This document shows positions 17,565-27,824 of a DNA stretch of 62,578 bases, in pieces. The stretch is taken from the NCBI GenBank assembly GCA_002070645.1, contig MWDQ01000026.1, forward strand, positions 1-62,578, in the 5' to 3' direction. Each line of letters begins with the position of its first letter. Positions within the stretch are counted from its first letter, which is position 1. The position numbers and the translations under genes are program-made. Below the pieces are notes generated by a model. That model ran no database searches, was not told where the DNA came from, and saw only the letters and a program-made list of their open reading frames with translations. This DNA is from a candidate division TA06 bacterium ADurb.Bin131 (GTDB lineage: Bacteria; Ratteibacteria; UBA8468; B48-G9; DTJG01).

Positions 17565-18624
17565 TTGAAAACCTCTTATTTAAAAGAACAACCAAAAAAA
17601 GAAAAATTAGAGGAACAATAAAAAAGAGATAAACATTCCCTGTTTTATAAACAATACTCTCACCCACAAGTATAATAAAATAAGACAACAATCCCATCAA
17701 TAAACCAATTCCGAGGATATGCATATATCCGTGCATCCTGGATCCTATTCCCGCATAAAAACCAATAAAGAGATAAAAAATTGGCAGGAGGACGAAAAAT
17801 ATTTTTTTGAAGATTATCATAAAAAATTGATTATCAGATTGTCTCGAGAGATTCCTTATCAGAAGAAAGAGATTCATTTCTTTTGGCCTTTTTTCAAGAT
17901 TAAAATCTGAAACCACTCTATAGGGAAGTAAAAAAGAATACTCCTTAAATAACGTCTTCAAAATAATCCGCGATTTTTCTATTGAATGTGAAACAATAGA
18001 ACCGTTCTCAAGTAATAAAGAAAGGTAACCATCTGTATTTAACTGAATCTTCCCTTCTTCTGCGCTGATAACGCATACAGTATCTGAACCTATCTTCTGT
18101 GAAATGTAAACTCCATGTAACGTTCTACCTTTAATATCATCAACATAAATCGATATGCCAGGAAAATTTTTAATAAGACTCTTTGGTTTAAACATCTTCA
18201 TTGGTTCATCTATTCGTGCCTGCCTGATAAGCAATCGATTTTTATATATTGCAGAAGGTGCAACAAAAAAGCAAAGCCAGAATTCAACAAAACAAAAAAT
18301 AAGCCCTGCGATAAAGAAAAATTTAAGTATCTGCCTTCCTGAAATACCTGATATTAAAAAAACCCAGTATTCTCTATCCATATTCATTCTTGCAACAGTT
18401 CCAATCACAGCAGTAAAAAAAGATAGTGCGATAATGTCAGGGCTAACTTCGAAAAAGGAATAAATAAAAAATTTGCCAACTGTTCCAATTGTGAAAAAAT
18501 GGTTTATAATTATATCCATAAGCCAGAGAAAAGGCCTGACCATAAAAAGAAGTATAAAAATTGATAATGTCAGGATAAAAAAATTCCCGAATTCATGATA
18601 GAGATATCTTGTTTTTAAATTCAT
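17554..18624 (-). CDS. lptF: LPS export permease, LptF-like (YjgP/YjgQ family)
   Basis: The 356-aa protein has the N-terminus MNLKTRYLYHEFGNFFILTL and the same topology as the paralogue downstream. Confidence 0.7.
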   Translation of the reverse strand: MNLKTRYLYHEFGNFFILTLSIFILLFMVRPFLWLMDIIINHFFTIGTVGKFFIYSFFEVSPDIIALSFFTAVIGTVARMNMDREYWVFLISGISGRQILKFFFIAGLIFCFVEFWLCFFVAPSAIYKNRLLIRQARIDEPMKMFKPKSLIKNFPGISIYVDDIKGRTLHGVYISQKIGSDTVCVISAEEGKIQLNTDGYLSLLLENGSIVSHSIEKSRIILKTLFKEYSFLLPYRVVSDFNLEKRPKEMNLFLLIRNLSRQSDNQFFMIIFKKIFFVLLPIFYLFIGFYAGIGSRMHGYMHILGIGLLMGLLSYFIILVGESIVYKTGNVYLFFIVPLIFLFLVVLLNKRFSNVI

Positions 18625-19273
18625 GGCTCCAAAAAAATTAAGATTATTATTATTATTTCATCATATCATAGAGATGGTGTTTCCAGAAAGGTGTATAGGA
18701 TGTGGTAGAAATATAAACATCAAAAAATATTGTTTTTGTAACGATTGTCTTGCCCACCTGGTTCCTGCTTCACAATCAAGCAACCACATATTTTCACTTA
18801 CGGTTTACAACGGTCCTGTACAAAAAGCAATCCACACATTTAAATATGAAAGAAAAAAATGGATGGGGAAAATATTTGCACAGTGGATGCACGATTTTTT
18901 AGTCGCCCATCCAGATATAGAATTTGATTTCATAATCCCTGTTCCATTGCATCCGATAAGAGAATTTCACAGATCCTTTAACCAAAGCTGGCTAATTGCA
19001 TATCACCTCGGGAAATTAAGGAAAAAACCTGCTATGTCAAATGTCCTTATTAAAACAAGAAATAACAAATCCCAAACAGGCCTTGATTCAATAGAAAGAA
19101 AACAAAATGTTAAAGCCGCTTACAGGGTTAAAAAACCATCTTTAGTAAAAAATTCAAGTATCCTTGTTATTGACGATGTATATACAACAGGTGCCACAGC
19201 CGAAGAAATTTATAGGACACTTAAAAATTCAGGAGCGAAAACAGTATACATACTAACAATCGCAAAGGCATAG
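18623..19273 (+). CDS. comF: ComF-family phosphoribosyltransferase-like protein
   Basis: An N-terminal Cys cluster (CIGCG...CNDC) and a C-terminal PRTase motif (ILVIDDVYTTGAT) are present. The start is uncertain: ATG 18623 overlaps the lptF start on the other strand, and ATG 18674 (MVFPERC) is equally plausible. Confidence 0.75.
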   Translation: MAPKKLRLLLLFHHIIEMVFPERCIGCGRNINIKKYCFCNDCLAHLVPASQSSNHIFSLTVYNGPVQKAIHTFKYERKKWMGKIFAQWMHDFLVAHPDIEFDFIIPVPLHPIREFHRSFNQSWLIAYHLGKLRKKPAMSNVLIKTRNNKSQTGLDSIERKQNVKAAYRVKKPSLVKNSSILVIDDVYTTGATAEEIYRTLKNSGAKTVYILTIAKA

Positions 19274-19298
19274 AACTCTTGAAACACATCACAAAACT

Positions 19299-19327
19299 TT
19301 GACCATAACCAGTAATTCTGGTAATAT
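19299..19327 (+). promoter_or_regulatory. Putative sigma-70 promoter for the leuD-like/icd pair
   Basis: TTGACC (19299-19304), a 17-nt spacer, then TAATAT (19322-19327). Confidence 0.35.
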
Positions 19328-19355
19328 ATAAAAGAATGGCCATACAGGAGGACAA

Positions 19356-19853
19356 ATGGAACTAATTGGTAAGGTACACAAATTTGGCGATGATATTAAC
19401 ACAGATTACATTATATCAGGCAGGTATAAATTCAAAACGCTTGATATGAATGAACTTGCTTCACACATCTTTGAAGATATAGATCCTGATTTTTCAAAAA
19501 AGATTAATGCGGGCGATTTTATTGTTGCAGGTAATAACTTTGGTTGTGGTTCTTCACGGGAACAGGCAGTCCTTGCCTTGAAATATGCAAAAATCGGTGC
19601 CGTGATAGCAAAAAGTTTCGCAAGAATTTTCTTCAGGAACGGAATTAATGTTGGACTCATTTTGATAGAAGCTGATACAGAAAAAATATCACAGAATGAT
19701 ATTTTAAAGGTCGACATCACCAGCGGAAAAATTGTGAACAAAACAACAAATGAAGTAATACCTATTAACCCACTTCCAGATTTCCTGCTCCAGATAATTC
19801 AAGAAGGTGGAATTATAAATTATTTAAAAAAATACAGGGACTTTAAGATATGA
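19356..19853 (+). CDS. Aconitase-family small subunit (LeuD type 2-like), second copy in the window
   Basis: [24 protein letters not shown] and [11 protein letters not shown] are present. It looks roughly half-identical to the leuD at 38141, but the substrate-loop region differs (RYKFKTLD versus RYLNTTDP). RBS AGGAGG. Confidence 0.8.
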   Translation: MELIGKVHKFGDDINTDYIISGRYKFKTLDMNELASHIFEDIDPDFSKKINAGDFIVAGNNFGCGSSREQAVLALKYAKIGAVIAKSFARIFFRNGINVGLILIEADTEKISQNDILKVDITSGKIVNKTTNEVIPINPLPDFLLQIIQEGGIINYLKKYRDFKI

Positions 19854-20929
19854 AAAAATATAAAATTACTTTGATACCCGGCGATGGAATTGGACCTGAA
19901 ATTACAGAGGTAACAAAAAGATGCATCGAAGCAACAGGTGTAAAAATAGAATGGGAACAATGCGAAGCAGGGATTCCTGCTATTGAAAAATTTAATGATC
20001 CATTACCACGTGAAACAATAGAATCCATAAGAAAAAATAAAATCTGCCTGAAAGGACCCATCACAACACCTGTTGGAACAGGATACAGGAGCATAAATGT
20101 TGCATTAAGACAGATCTTCAATCTTTATGCCTGCGTCAGACCATTTAAGGTTTATCAAGGAGCCAGAACTTTTTACAAGGATATTGACCTTGTTATAATC
20201 AGGGAAAATATGGAAGACCTTTATGCAGGGATTGAATTTGAAATTGGAAAACCCGAAACCCTTGAGGTTCTTGAAACAATTACACGTTTGAGTAAAAAAG
20301 AAATATCCAGGGATTCAGGTATCAGTATTAAACCAATATCAATTTCAGGATCTGAAAAAATTGTAAGGTTTGCCTTTGAATATGCAAGAAAGAACAAAAG
20401 GAAAAAAGTAACTGCCATTCATAAAGCAAATATAATGAAATTCACTGATGGGCTTTTTCTTGATGTCTCAAGAAAAATTGCAGCAGATTATTCAGATGTT
20501 GAATTTGAAGATAGAATAGTCGACAATATGGCAATGCAACTTGTTCAAAAGCCACAGAAGTATGATATCCTCGTATGTCCCAACCTATATGGAGACATTC
20601 TTTCTGACCTATGCGCAGGGCTTGTTGGCGGGCTTGGACTTTCTCCAGGGGCAAATTATGGAGATGATGTTGCAATCTTTGAACCAACGCATGGAAGTGC
20701 ACCAAAATATGCGGGGAAAAATGTTGTTAATCCATCGGCACAAATATTGGCTGCAGTTTTAATGCTGAGATATATCGAAGAAAATATAGCAGCAACAAAA
20801 CTTGAAGAAGCACTTGCGTGGGTAATTAAAGACGGAAAATACACAACATATGATTTTATGCCAGAGGGAACATCTGGAAAAAGTACAACCGAAATGGGAG
20901 AGGCAATTATAAAAAGGATGGTTAGATAA
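19850..20929 (+). CDS. icd: Isocitrate dehydrogenase-like beta-decarboxylating dehydrogenase
   Basis: IPGDGIGPEI, GTGYRSINVALRQ (IDH-type substrate loop), NLYGDILSD and HGSAPKYAGKN are present. The start overlaps the upstream stop (ATGA). Confidence 0.8.
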   Translation: MKKYKITLIPGDGIGPEITEVTKRCIEATGVKIEWEQCEAGIPAIEKFNDPLPRETIESIRKNKICLKGPITTPVGTGYRSINVALRQIFNLYACVRPFKVYQGARTFYKDIDLVIIRENMEDLYAGIEFEIGKPETLEVLETITRLSKKEISRDSGISIKPISISGSEKIVRFAFEYARKNKRKKVTAIHKANIMKFTDGLFLDVSRKIAADYSDVEFEDRIVDNMAMQLVQKPQKYDILVCPNLYGDILSDLCAGLVGGLGLSPGANYGDDVAIFEPTHGSAPKYAGKNVVNPSAQILAAVLMLRYIEENIAATKLEEALAWVIKDGKYTTYDFMPEGTSGKSTTEMGEAIIKRMVR

Positions 20930-22201
20930 ATGATTACTGTTGTAATAGGAACACAATGGGGAGACGAAGGTAAAGGGAAAATAATTGATACTCTTGCTAC
21001 ACAACATGATATTGTTGCACGTTATCAAGGTGGAGCAAACGCAGGTCATACTGTTGTTTATAACAACCAGAAGTTTATATTTCATCTCGTTCCTTCTGGT
21101 ATACTCCATAAACATGTTGTGGGTATCCTCGGAAATGGAATAGTTATTGATCCTGCCTCATTTTTCCAAGAACTTACAGACATGGAAAAACAGGGTATAG
21201 ATTTTTCAAAAAGGTTATTTATCGCACAAAATGCACATATCACACTTACATATCACAAGATACTTGACCAGATTGAAGATGCAAAAAGAGGCAGTGGAAA
21301 ACTTGGAACAACAGGTCGTGGAATTGGAACAACATATACCGACAAATATGGAAGAATTGGCATAAGAGTATCTGATTTTATAAATGAATCAGTGTTTATT
21401 AATAAACTAAAAACTGCTCTCGAACTAAAAAATTACCTTTTTCAAGAGTATTATAAAAAATCCATTATCAGCGTAGAGAACCTTGCTGATGAGTATAGTA
21501 AATACAGGGAAAAATTTAAGGAAATGGCAATAGATACATCATACTATCTAAATCAGGCGATAGATAAGGGTAAGAGGATTCTTGCAGAAGGAGCACAGGG
21601 AACTTTTCTTGATATTGATTTTGGAACATATCCCTTTGTAACTGCTTCAAATCCAATATCGGGTGGTGCCTGTACTGGCCTTGGTATAGGACCAAAAAAA
21701 ATTACAAAGGTTATCGGCGTAGCAAAGGCATACACAACAAGGGTTGGGATGGGACCTTTCCCCACTGAAATTAACGATGAGATAAATCAAACACTAAGAA
21801 CCGCCGGAAATGAGTTTGGTGCTACAACAGGAAGACCCAGACGATGTGGATGGTTCGACGCTATTATTGTTAGATATGCCACAGTATTGAATGGAATAGA
21901 TGAACTTATAATTACAAAACTTGACGTTCTCTCAGGATTGAAAACAATAAAGATTGGTGTAAAGTATATCTATAATGATCAAAGTGTTGATATATATCCT
22001 CTTGATACAGAAATCTTTGAAAATGTTGACGTTGAGTATGAAGAAATGCAGGGATGGGATACAAATATAAATAACATATCAACATATAAAGATCTTCCTA
22101 CCGCAGCAAAAAAATATATAGATAGAATAGAAGAACTCGTAGGAACAAAAATTACCGCTGTTTCAGTCGGCTCCGCAAGAGAACAAATAATAGCCCGATA
22201 A
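20930..22201 (+). CDS. purA: Adenylosuccinate synthetase
   Basis: GTQWGDEGKGK, GGANAGHT and GTTGRGIG are present. Confidence 0.95.
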   Translation: MITVVIGTQWGDEGKGKIIDTLATQHDIVARYQGGANAGHTVVYNNQKFIFHLVPSGILHKHVVGILGNGIVIDPASFFQELTDMEKQGIDFSKRLFIAQNAHITLTYHKILDQIEDAKRGSGKLGTTGRGIGTTYTDKYGRIGIRVSDFINESVFINKLKTALELKNYLFQEYYKKSIISVENLADEYSKYREKFKEMAIDTSYYLNQAIDKGKRILAEGAQGTFLDIDFGTYPFVTASNPISGGACTGLGIGPKKITKVIGVAKAYTTRVGMGPFPTEINDEINQTLRTAGNEFGATTGRPRRCGWFDAIIVRYATVLNGIDELIITKLDVLSGLKTIKIGVKYIYNDQSVDIYPLDTEIFENVDVEYEEMQGWDTNINNISTYKDLPTAAKKYIDRIEELVGTKITAVSVGSAREQIIAR

Positions 22202-22239
22202 GAATCTTTATATCAAAATCCCTTACGACTGAATGTTTC

Positions 22240-22267
22240 TTGACATATATGGTAAATAGTTTATAAT
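22240..22267 (+). promoter_or_regulatory. Putative sigma-70 promoter of ilvBNC
   Basis: TTGACA (22240-22245), a 16-nt spacer, then TATAAT (22262-22267). Confidence 0.45.
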
Positions 22268-22311
22268 ACAAAACCTATTATAGCGCACCCAAAATTAGGA
22301 GAAGATAGCCA

Positions 22312-23982
22312 ATGATTGGCGCAAAAATTATCGTTGAATGCCTTAAAAAAGAAGGGGTCGAGGTAATCTTTGGATACCCCGGAGGTAGCGTAATACCACT
22401 TTGCGATGCCCTGTATGATAGCGGTATACGCTTTATTCTTACAAGACATGAACAGGGTGCAGCGCATGCTGCTGATGGATATTCAAGAGCATCAGGTAAA
22501 ATCGGGGTATGTCTTGCAACCTCAGGCCCTGGCGCAACAAACCTTGTTACGGGTATCTCCACTGCTTATATGGATTCAATACCAATGATAGCAATTACAG
22601 GACAGGTCGCCACGCAATTAATTGGAAATGACGCATTCCAGGAGGTTGATACCACTGGCATTACCAGACCTATAACAAAACATAATTATCTTGTAAAATC
22701 AACTGATCAATTATGTAGAATCTTTAAAGAAGCATTTTATATTGCAAAAACGGGAAAACCTGGACCTGTGCTTATCGATATTCCTGCAGATATTCAAAAA
22801 TCCGAAGCAGATTTCAATTATCCTGAAAAAGTTGAGATAAGAAGTTATAAGCCAGTATATGAGGGACATCCAATACAGATCGAGAAGACACTTTCTCTTG
22901 TTGAAAAAGCAGAAAGACCTGTTATACTTGCAGGGGGTGGAGTTATAACCTCAAATGCCGCTGGTGAGTTGAAAAAATTTGCAGAAAAAGCAAAGATACC
23001 TGTAGCGCTTACGCTTATGGGGCTTGGTGGATTCCCAACACAGCATCCGCTCCACCTCGGGATGGCTGGAATGCATGGCACAAGATATGCTAATAATGCA
23101 ATAATGGAAACAGATCTTTTGATAGCAATTGGATGTAGATTTGATGATAGAGTAACAGGAAAAATCAGCGAGTTTGCACCAAATGCAACAATAGTTCACG
23201 TTGATATTGACCCTGTTTCTATAGGTAAAAATGTTTCAGTTGATGTACCAATTGTTGGAGATGCAAAATTTGTACTTGAACAATTTGTTAATAACTGCCC
23301 GAAAACAAATACAGAGGAGTGGCTGAAAAAAATAAATATGTGGAAAGAAAAATATCCATTCACTTACAAAGATACGGGTAATCTCAAACCTCAATTTATT
23401 GTAGAAACAATCTCGAGATTAACAGATGGCGAAGCAATTATTGTGACAGAAGTAGGTCAAAACCAGATGTGGGCAGCACAATATTATAAATTTAAGTATC
23501 CGAGAACTTTTATCTCATCGGGTGGGCTTGGAACAATGGGCTTTGGCTTTCCAGCAGCAATAGGCGCACAGGTGGCATGTAAAGATAAAACTGTAATTGA
23601 TATTGCCGGAGATGGAAGTATTCAGATGAATATTCAAGAACTCAGTACTGCAGTTTCAGAAAAAATACCGGTAAAAGTGGTTATTCTTAATAACTATTAT
23701 CTTGGTATGGTAAGACAGTGGCAGGAACTTTTTTATAAAAAAAGATACGCCTTTACCTGTCTTAAGGAAAAACAACCTGATTTTGTGAAACTTGCCGAAG
23801 CATACGGAGCATTAGGTTATAGGGTAGATAAAAAAGAGGATCTGGAAAAAACACTGGTTAAAGCGCTTAATTATAATGAAGGTCCAGTTTTTGTAGATTG
23901 CGTGGTTGAACCAGAAGAAAACGTATTTCCAATGATTCCCGCAGGGGCAAGTTTAAAAGAAATAATCGAGGGGCTTGCATAA
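22312..23982 (+). CDS. ilvB: Acetolactate synthase large subunit
   Basis: ThDP-enzyme motifs are present ([31 protein letters not shown]...GDGS). Confidence 0.93.
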   Translation: MIGAKIIVECLKKEGVEVIFGYPGGSVIPLCDALYDSGIRFILTRHEQGAAHAADGYSRASGKIGVCLATSGPGATNLVTGISTAYMDSIPMIAITGQVATQLIGNDAFQEVDTTGITRPITKHNYLVKSTDQLCRIFKEAFYIAKTGKPGPVLIDIPADIQKSEADFNYPEKVEIRSYKPVYEGHPIQIEKTLSLVEKAERPVILAGGGVITSNAAGELKKFAEKAKIPVALTLMGLGGFPTQHPLHLGMAGMHGTRYANNAIMETDLLIAIGCRFDDRVTGKISEFAPNATIVHVDIDPVSIGKNVSVDVPIVGDAKFVLEQFVNNCPKTNTEEWLKKINMWKEKYPFTYKDTGNLKPQFIVETISRLTDGEAIIVTEVGQNQMWAAQYYKFKYPRTFISSGGLGTMGFGFPAAIGAQVACKDKTVIDIAGDGSIQMNIQELSTAVSEKIPVKVVILNNYYLGMVRQWQELFYKKRYAFTCLKEKQPDFVKLAEAYGALGYRVDKKEDLEKTLVKALNYNEGPVFVDCVVEPEENVFPMIPAGASLKEIIEGLA

Positions 23983-24477
23983 ATGACACATCAAAACCAA
24001 CACCATGTAATTTCGGTTACTGTAGAAAACAAATCAGGCGTTCTGGCAAGAATATCAGGTTTATTTTCTGCAAGAGGGTATAACATAGATAGTTTAGCAG
24101 TAGCAGAAACAGAGGATCCTACTATTTCAAGAATGTCTATCGTTGTTAGAGGGGATGAAAAGATTTTAGAACAGATTTACAAACAATTAAATAAATTAAT
24201 CGATGTTATAAAGGTCCAGGATTTGACTATGGAGAACCACATCGAAAGAGAACTTGTCTTATTGAAGGTTAATACACAAAATAGCAGTGTCAGAAATGAG
24301 ATTATACAACTTGTAAATATTTTCAGAGCAAAGATTGTTGATGTTTGCAAGAAAACCCTTACGATAGAACTTGTCGGAGATCAATCAAAAGTTGACGCAA
24401 TGATCGATCTGATGAGAACATTTGGCATAAAAGAAATAACAAGAACAGGAAGGATAGCGACCTGCAGAGAAAAATAA
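23983..24477 (+). CDS. ilvN: Acetolactate synthase small (regulatory) subunit
   Basis: An ACT-domain N-terminus (ISVTVENKSGVLARISGLFSARGYNIDSL) is present. The ATG abuts the ilvB stop. Confidence 0.9.
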   Translation: MTHQNQHHVISVTVENKSGVLARISGLFSARGYNIDSLAVAETEDPTISRMSIVVRGDEKILEQIYKQLNKLIDVIKVQDLTMENHIERELVLLKVNTQNSSVRNEIIQLVNIFRAKIVDVCKKTLTIELVGDQSKVDAMIDLMRTFGIKEITRTGRIATCREK

Positions 24478-24510
24478 ACAAGACAAATAACGCAATATAA
24501 GGAGGAGAAA

Positions 24511-25506
24511 ATGGCAAAAATCTATTATGAAAGTGATGCAGATCTCAATGTTTTGAAAAATAAAACTATTGGTATCATAGGATATGGCAGCCAGGGTAGG
24601 GCGCATGCACTTAATCTTAAAGATAGTGGTTTGAATGTTATTATTTCAGAACTTAAGGGAACAAATAATTGGGCCCTCGCAGAAAATGATGGTTTTAAAC
24701 CTCTCAGCACTGCAGAACTCGCTCAACAGGCAGACGTTATGATGATGTTAGCACAAGACAATATACAGCCCTTTGTGTATAAAAACGAGATTGAACCAAA
24801 CCTGAAAAAACAACATGCGCTCGGTTTTGCACATGGGTTTTCAATTGTATACAGCCAGATAAAACCACCGGCAACAGTAGACATATTCATGGTTGCTCCT
24901 AAGGGTCCAGGAGACCTTGTAAGAACTCAATTCACTGAAGGGAAAGGAGTCCCATGTCTGGTTGCAGTTGAACAGAATCCAACAGGTCAAGCGTTAAAAA
25001 TCGCCCTTGCTTATGCAAAAGCACTCGGTGGAACAAGATGCGGAGTTGTCGAAACCACATTTCAAGAAGAAACAGAAACAGACCTTTTCGGAGAGCAGGC
25101 TGTATTATGCGGTGGAGTTACAGAACTTATTAAGGCATCTTTTGAAACACTTGTTGAAGCTGGCTATCAACCTGAGATTGCATATTATGAAACATGCCAT
25201 GAATTAAAACTGATAGTTGAATTAATAATAGAAAGAGGAATCCAGGGAATGAGAAGGGTAATAAGCGATACTGCTGAATATGGAGATATGACCAGAGGAC
25301 CAAGAATTATCAATGATTCGGTTAGACAAGAAATGAAAAAAATATTAAAGGAAATACAGGAAGGAAATTTTGCCAGAGAATGGATAGTTGAAAATCAGGT
25401 TGGAAGACCTGTTTTTAATGCACTCGAAAAAAAGTCAGAAAAACATCTTATAGAGGAAGTTGGAGTAAGGATGAGAAGTATGATGCCCTGGCTCAAGAAA
25501 AAATAA
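24511..25506 (+). CDS. ilvC: Ketol-acid reductoisomerase
   Basis: [17 protein letters not shown] and [11 protein letters not shown] are present. RBS AAGGAGGAG. Confidence 0.95.
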   Translation: MAKIYYESDADLNVLKNKTIGIIGYGSQGRAHALNLKDSGLNVIISELKGTNNWALAENDGFKPLSTAELAQQADVMMMLAQDNIQPFVYKNEIEPNLKKQHALGFAHGFSIVYSQIKPPATVDIFMVAPKGPGDLVRTQFTEGKGVPCLVAVEQNPTGQALKIALAYAKALGGTRCGVVETTFQEETETDLFGEQAVLCGGVTELIKASFETLVEAGYQPEIAYYETCHELKLIVELIIERGIQGMRRVISDTAEYGDMTRGPRIINDSVRQEMKKILKEIQEGNFAREWIVENQVGRPVFNALEKKSEKHLIEEVGVRMRSMMPWLKKK

Positions 25507-25564
25507 TAATTAGACAAGATTAAAGATCTTAATAAGATATAACATAATCAGGTGGAGGAAAATA

Positions 25565-26227
25565 ATGGATAACTGGTTACTGGCACCAACAAAGGATCTT
25601 GTAAGTCACCTCTGGATAATTATTTCTAAACTTATTTTCGCGTTGATTGTTTTTATTGTCGGATGGATCATTGCGAAGGTCTTCAAGATACTCGCGTCGA
25701 AACTATTAAGAATGTTAAAGGTAGACAAACTTGTAGAAGATTCTGGTTTTAGAGAAATACTCCTGAGGGGACAGATAACAAAAGAACCTTCAGAACTTCT
25801 TGCTAGTGTAATCTATTGGTTACTAGTAATTGTTGTTGTATTCCTTGCAATAAATATCGCAGGGGTACCCATTCCGCCTAATGTGATTGAAAATCTTCTT
25901 TCTTTTATACCAAAAATAATTATTGGTTTAATTCTTTTCATTGCGTCTTTGCTTGTTGGAAATGTTGTTGAAGGTGTTGTTAATACAGCAGCGGGAAATG
26001 CTGGTGTTCAGAAACCCTACGTACTTGGAAAATCAACAAAAGTTCTAATAATTATTTTTGGAATTGTACTTGCTCTCGAGGAAATAGGAATAGCAGCAAA
26101 TTTTGTAACCTCTGTATTCAGCATACTGCTCGGATGTGGGGCGCTTGCTTTTACGCTTGCGTTTGGACTTGGAGCAAAGGATATTGTAAAAGAATGGCTT
26201 GAACAAATTCTTACAAAAAAACAATAA
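25565..26227 (+). CDS. Hypothetical membrane protein (repeated conserved TM-helix type)
   Basis: Four to five predicted TM helices in two similar halves. RBS GGTGGAGG. I can support no functional motif. Confidence 0.7.
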   Translation: MDNWLLAPTKDLVSHLWIIISKLIFALIVFIVGWIIAKVFKILASKLLRMLKVDKLVEDSGFREILLRGQITKEPSELLASVIYWLLVIVVVFLAINIAGVPIPPNVIENLLSFIPKIIIGLILFIASLLVGNVVEGVVNTAAGNAGVQKPYVLGKSTKVLIIIFGIVLALEEIGIAANFVTSVFSILLGCGALAFTLAFGLGAKDIVKEWLEQILTKKQ

Positions 26228-26796
26228 TGAGGGTTTTTGTTGGTATAAAAATTACAAGCAGTATAATGGAAAAACTAAAAGAAGTTCTTTCCTTTCTTCA
26301 AGAATACAGAAACCAAATCAGGACTGTTCGTCCAGAAAACTTACACATCACATTAAAATTTCTCGGGAATATAACACATAATATGTATTCTCAATTTTCT
26401 GAGAATCTACAAAATTCAATTACAGAATTTTCTCCTTTTGAGGTAGCAATAGAGGGTATAGGATTTTTCCCGAGTAAGAATCGAGCAAGAATTATCTGGG
26501 TAGGTATTAAAAAAAACAACCCACTCGAAAATCTTTATAAAATAGTAGAGGATTCTGCAGAAAAAATTAATATTTTACCGGATAATAAAAAATTCCATGG
26601 ACACATTACTGTTGGAAGAATAAAAACAGATATTCATCCAAATCTTATAAATGCGATTGAAGAAAAATTTAAGGAAAGAAATTGGGAAAACATGCGCGTA
26701 GAAAATATAACAATCTTCGAATCAATACTTCATCCAGATGGACCAAAATATAAAGAACTGAAAACTATGACCCTCGGAGGAACAGAAAATGGATAA
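26227..26796 (+). CDS. thpR: RNA 2',3'-cyclic phosphodiesterase (2H family, LigT/ThpR)
   Basis: Two HxT/S motifs are present: HITLKFLG and HITVGR. Confidence 0.8.
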   Translation: MRVFVGIKITSSIMEKLKEVLSFLQEYRNQIRTVRPENLHITLKFLGNITHNMYSQFSENLQNSITEFSPFEVAIEGIGFFPSKNRARIIWVGIKKNNPLENLYKIVEDSAEKINILPDNKKFHGHITVGRIKTDIHPNLINAIEEKFKERNWENMRVENITIFESILHPDGPKYKELKTMTLGGTENG

Positions 26797-27814
26797 AGAA
26801 AAAGCCCTATCTATGGCTATTGAGCAGATTGAGAAGAATTTTGGCAAGGGCTCAATAATGAAACTCGGAGAAAAAACCCGTCTTGAGGTTGACGCAATTC
26901 CAACAGGTGCAATCTCCCTTGATATTGCCCTCGGAGTGGGTGGCATACCGAGAGGAAGAATTACAGAGATCTTCGGACAGGAATCATCAGGAAAAACCAC
27001 CCTTGCTCTTCAGGTTATTGCAGAAGCCCAGAAAAATGGTGGACAGGCAGCATTTATAGATGCAGAACACGCATTAAACCCAGGATACGCACAAAAACTC
27101 GGGGTAAATCTCGATGAACTTTTAATCAGTCAGCCGGATACAGGTGAACAAGCGCTTGAGATTGCAGAATCCCTTATAAGAAGCAATGCAATCGACGTGG
27201 TGGTTATTGACTCTGTCGCGGCGCTTGTCCCGAGAGCAGAACTTGAAGGAGAAATGGGAGATTCTGTTATGGGATTGCAGGCACGACTTATGTCCCAAGC
27301 CCTTAGAAAATTAACTGGATATATCAGTAAATCCCAGACCTCTGCTATTTTTATAAACCAGGTCAGAGAAAAAATAGGCGTGTTTTTTGGAAATCCCGAG
27401 ACAACTCCAGGAGGAAGAGCATTAAAATTTTATTCCTCTGTTCGTATCGAGGTAAGAAGAATTGAAAACCTCAAAACCAGCCAGGGAGAACTTTATGGAA
27501 TAAAGGTTAGAACAAAAATAGTAAAAAATAAAGTGGCTCCACCTTTTAGAGAAGCAGAAATTGACATACTTTTTGATTCTGGTGTTTCACGCGAAGGATC
27601 CGCAATCGATGCAGGAACATCGCTCGGTATCATTGAGAAAAAAGGTAATCACTATTATTTTGGTGAAAAGGCGCTGGGCCATGGCAAAGACAGTACTGTT
27701 AAGTTTCTTAAAGATAATCCTGATGTTTACGACCAATTGGTAAAAAAGATCCGACAGGCCGCGGGTATTGAAAAAAACAAAGAACAATCAGGTGAAAAAG
27801 ATAAAACAAAATAA
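26789..27814 (+). CDS. recA: Recombinase A
   Basis: The protein carries FGKGSIM, Walker [10 protein letters not shown], and the IDSVAAL... region. The start overlaps the thpR stop by 8 nt. Confidence 0.97.
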   Translation: MDKEKALSMAIEQIEKNFGKGSIMKLGEKTRLEVDAIPTGAISLDIALGVGGIPRGRITEIFGQESSGKTTLALQVIAEAQKNGGQAAFIDAEHALNPGYAQKLGVNLDELLISQPDTGEQALEIAESLIRSNAIDVVVIDSVAALVPRAELEGEMGDSVMGLQARLMSQALRKLTGYISKSQTSAIFINQVREKIGVFFGNPETTPGGRALKFYSSVRIEVRRIENLKTSQGELYGIKVRTKIVKNKVAPPFREAEIDILFDSGVSREGSAIDAGTSLGIIEKKGNHYYFGEKALGHGKDSTVKFLKDNPDVYDQLVKKIRQAAGIEKNKEQSGEKDKTK

Positions 27815-27824
27815 GGAGGATGAA

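Noticed and set aside
19356-19853. Second leuD copy as a decaying duplicate
   Set aside because: It is full-length, retains the catalytic-region motifs, has a strong RBS and is translationally coupled to the next gene.
22202-22311. T-box, attenuator or leader peptide upstream of ilvB (likewise 41476-41570 upstream of leuA and 16349-16562 upstream of glyS)
   Set aside because: These regions are too short and AT-rich for a T-box. I see no specifier/antiterminator architecture, no Ile/Val/Leu-rich leader ORF and no terminator hairpin. Only promoter-like hexamers were seen.
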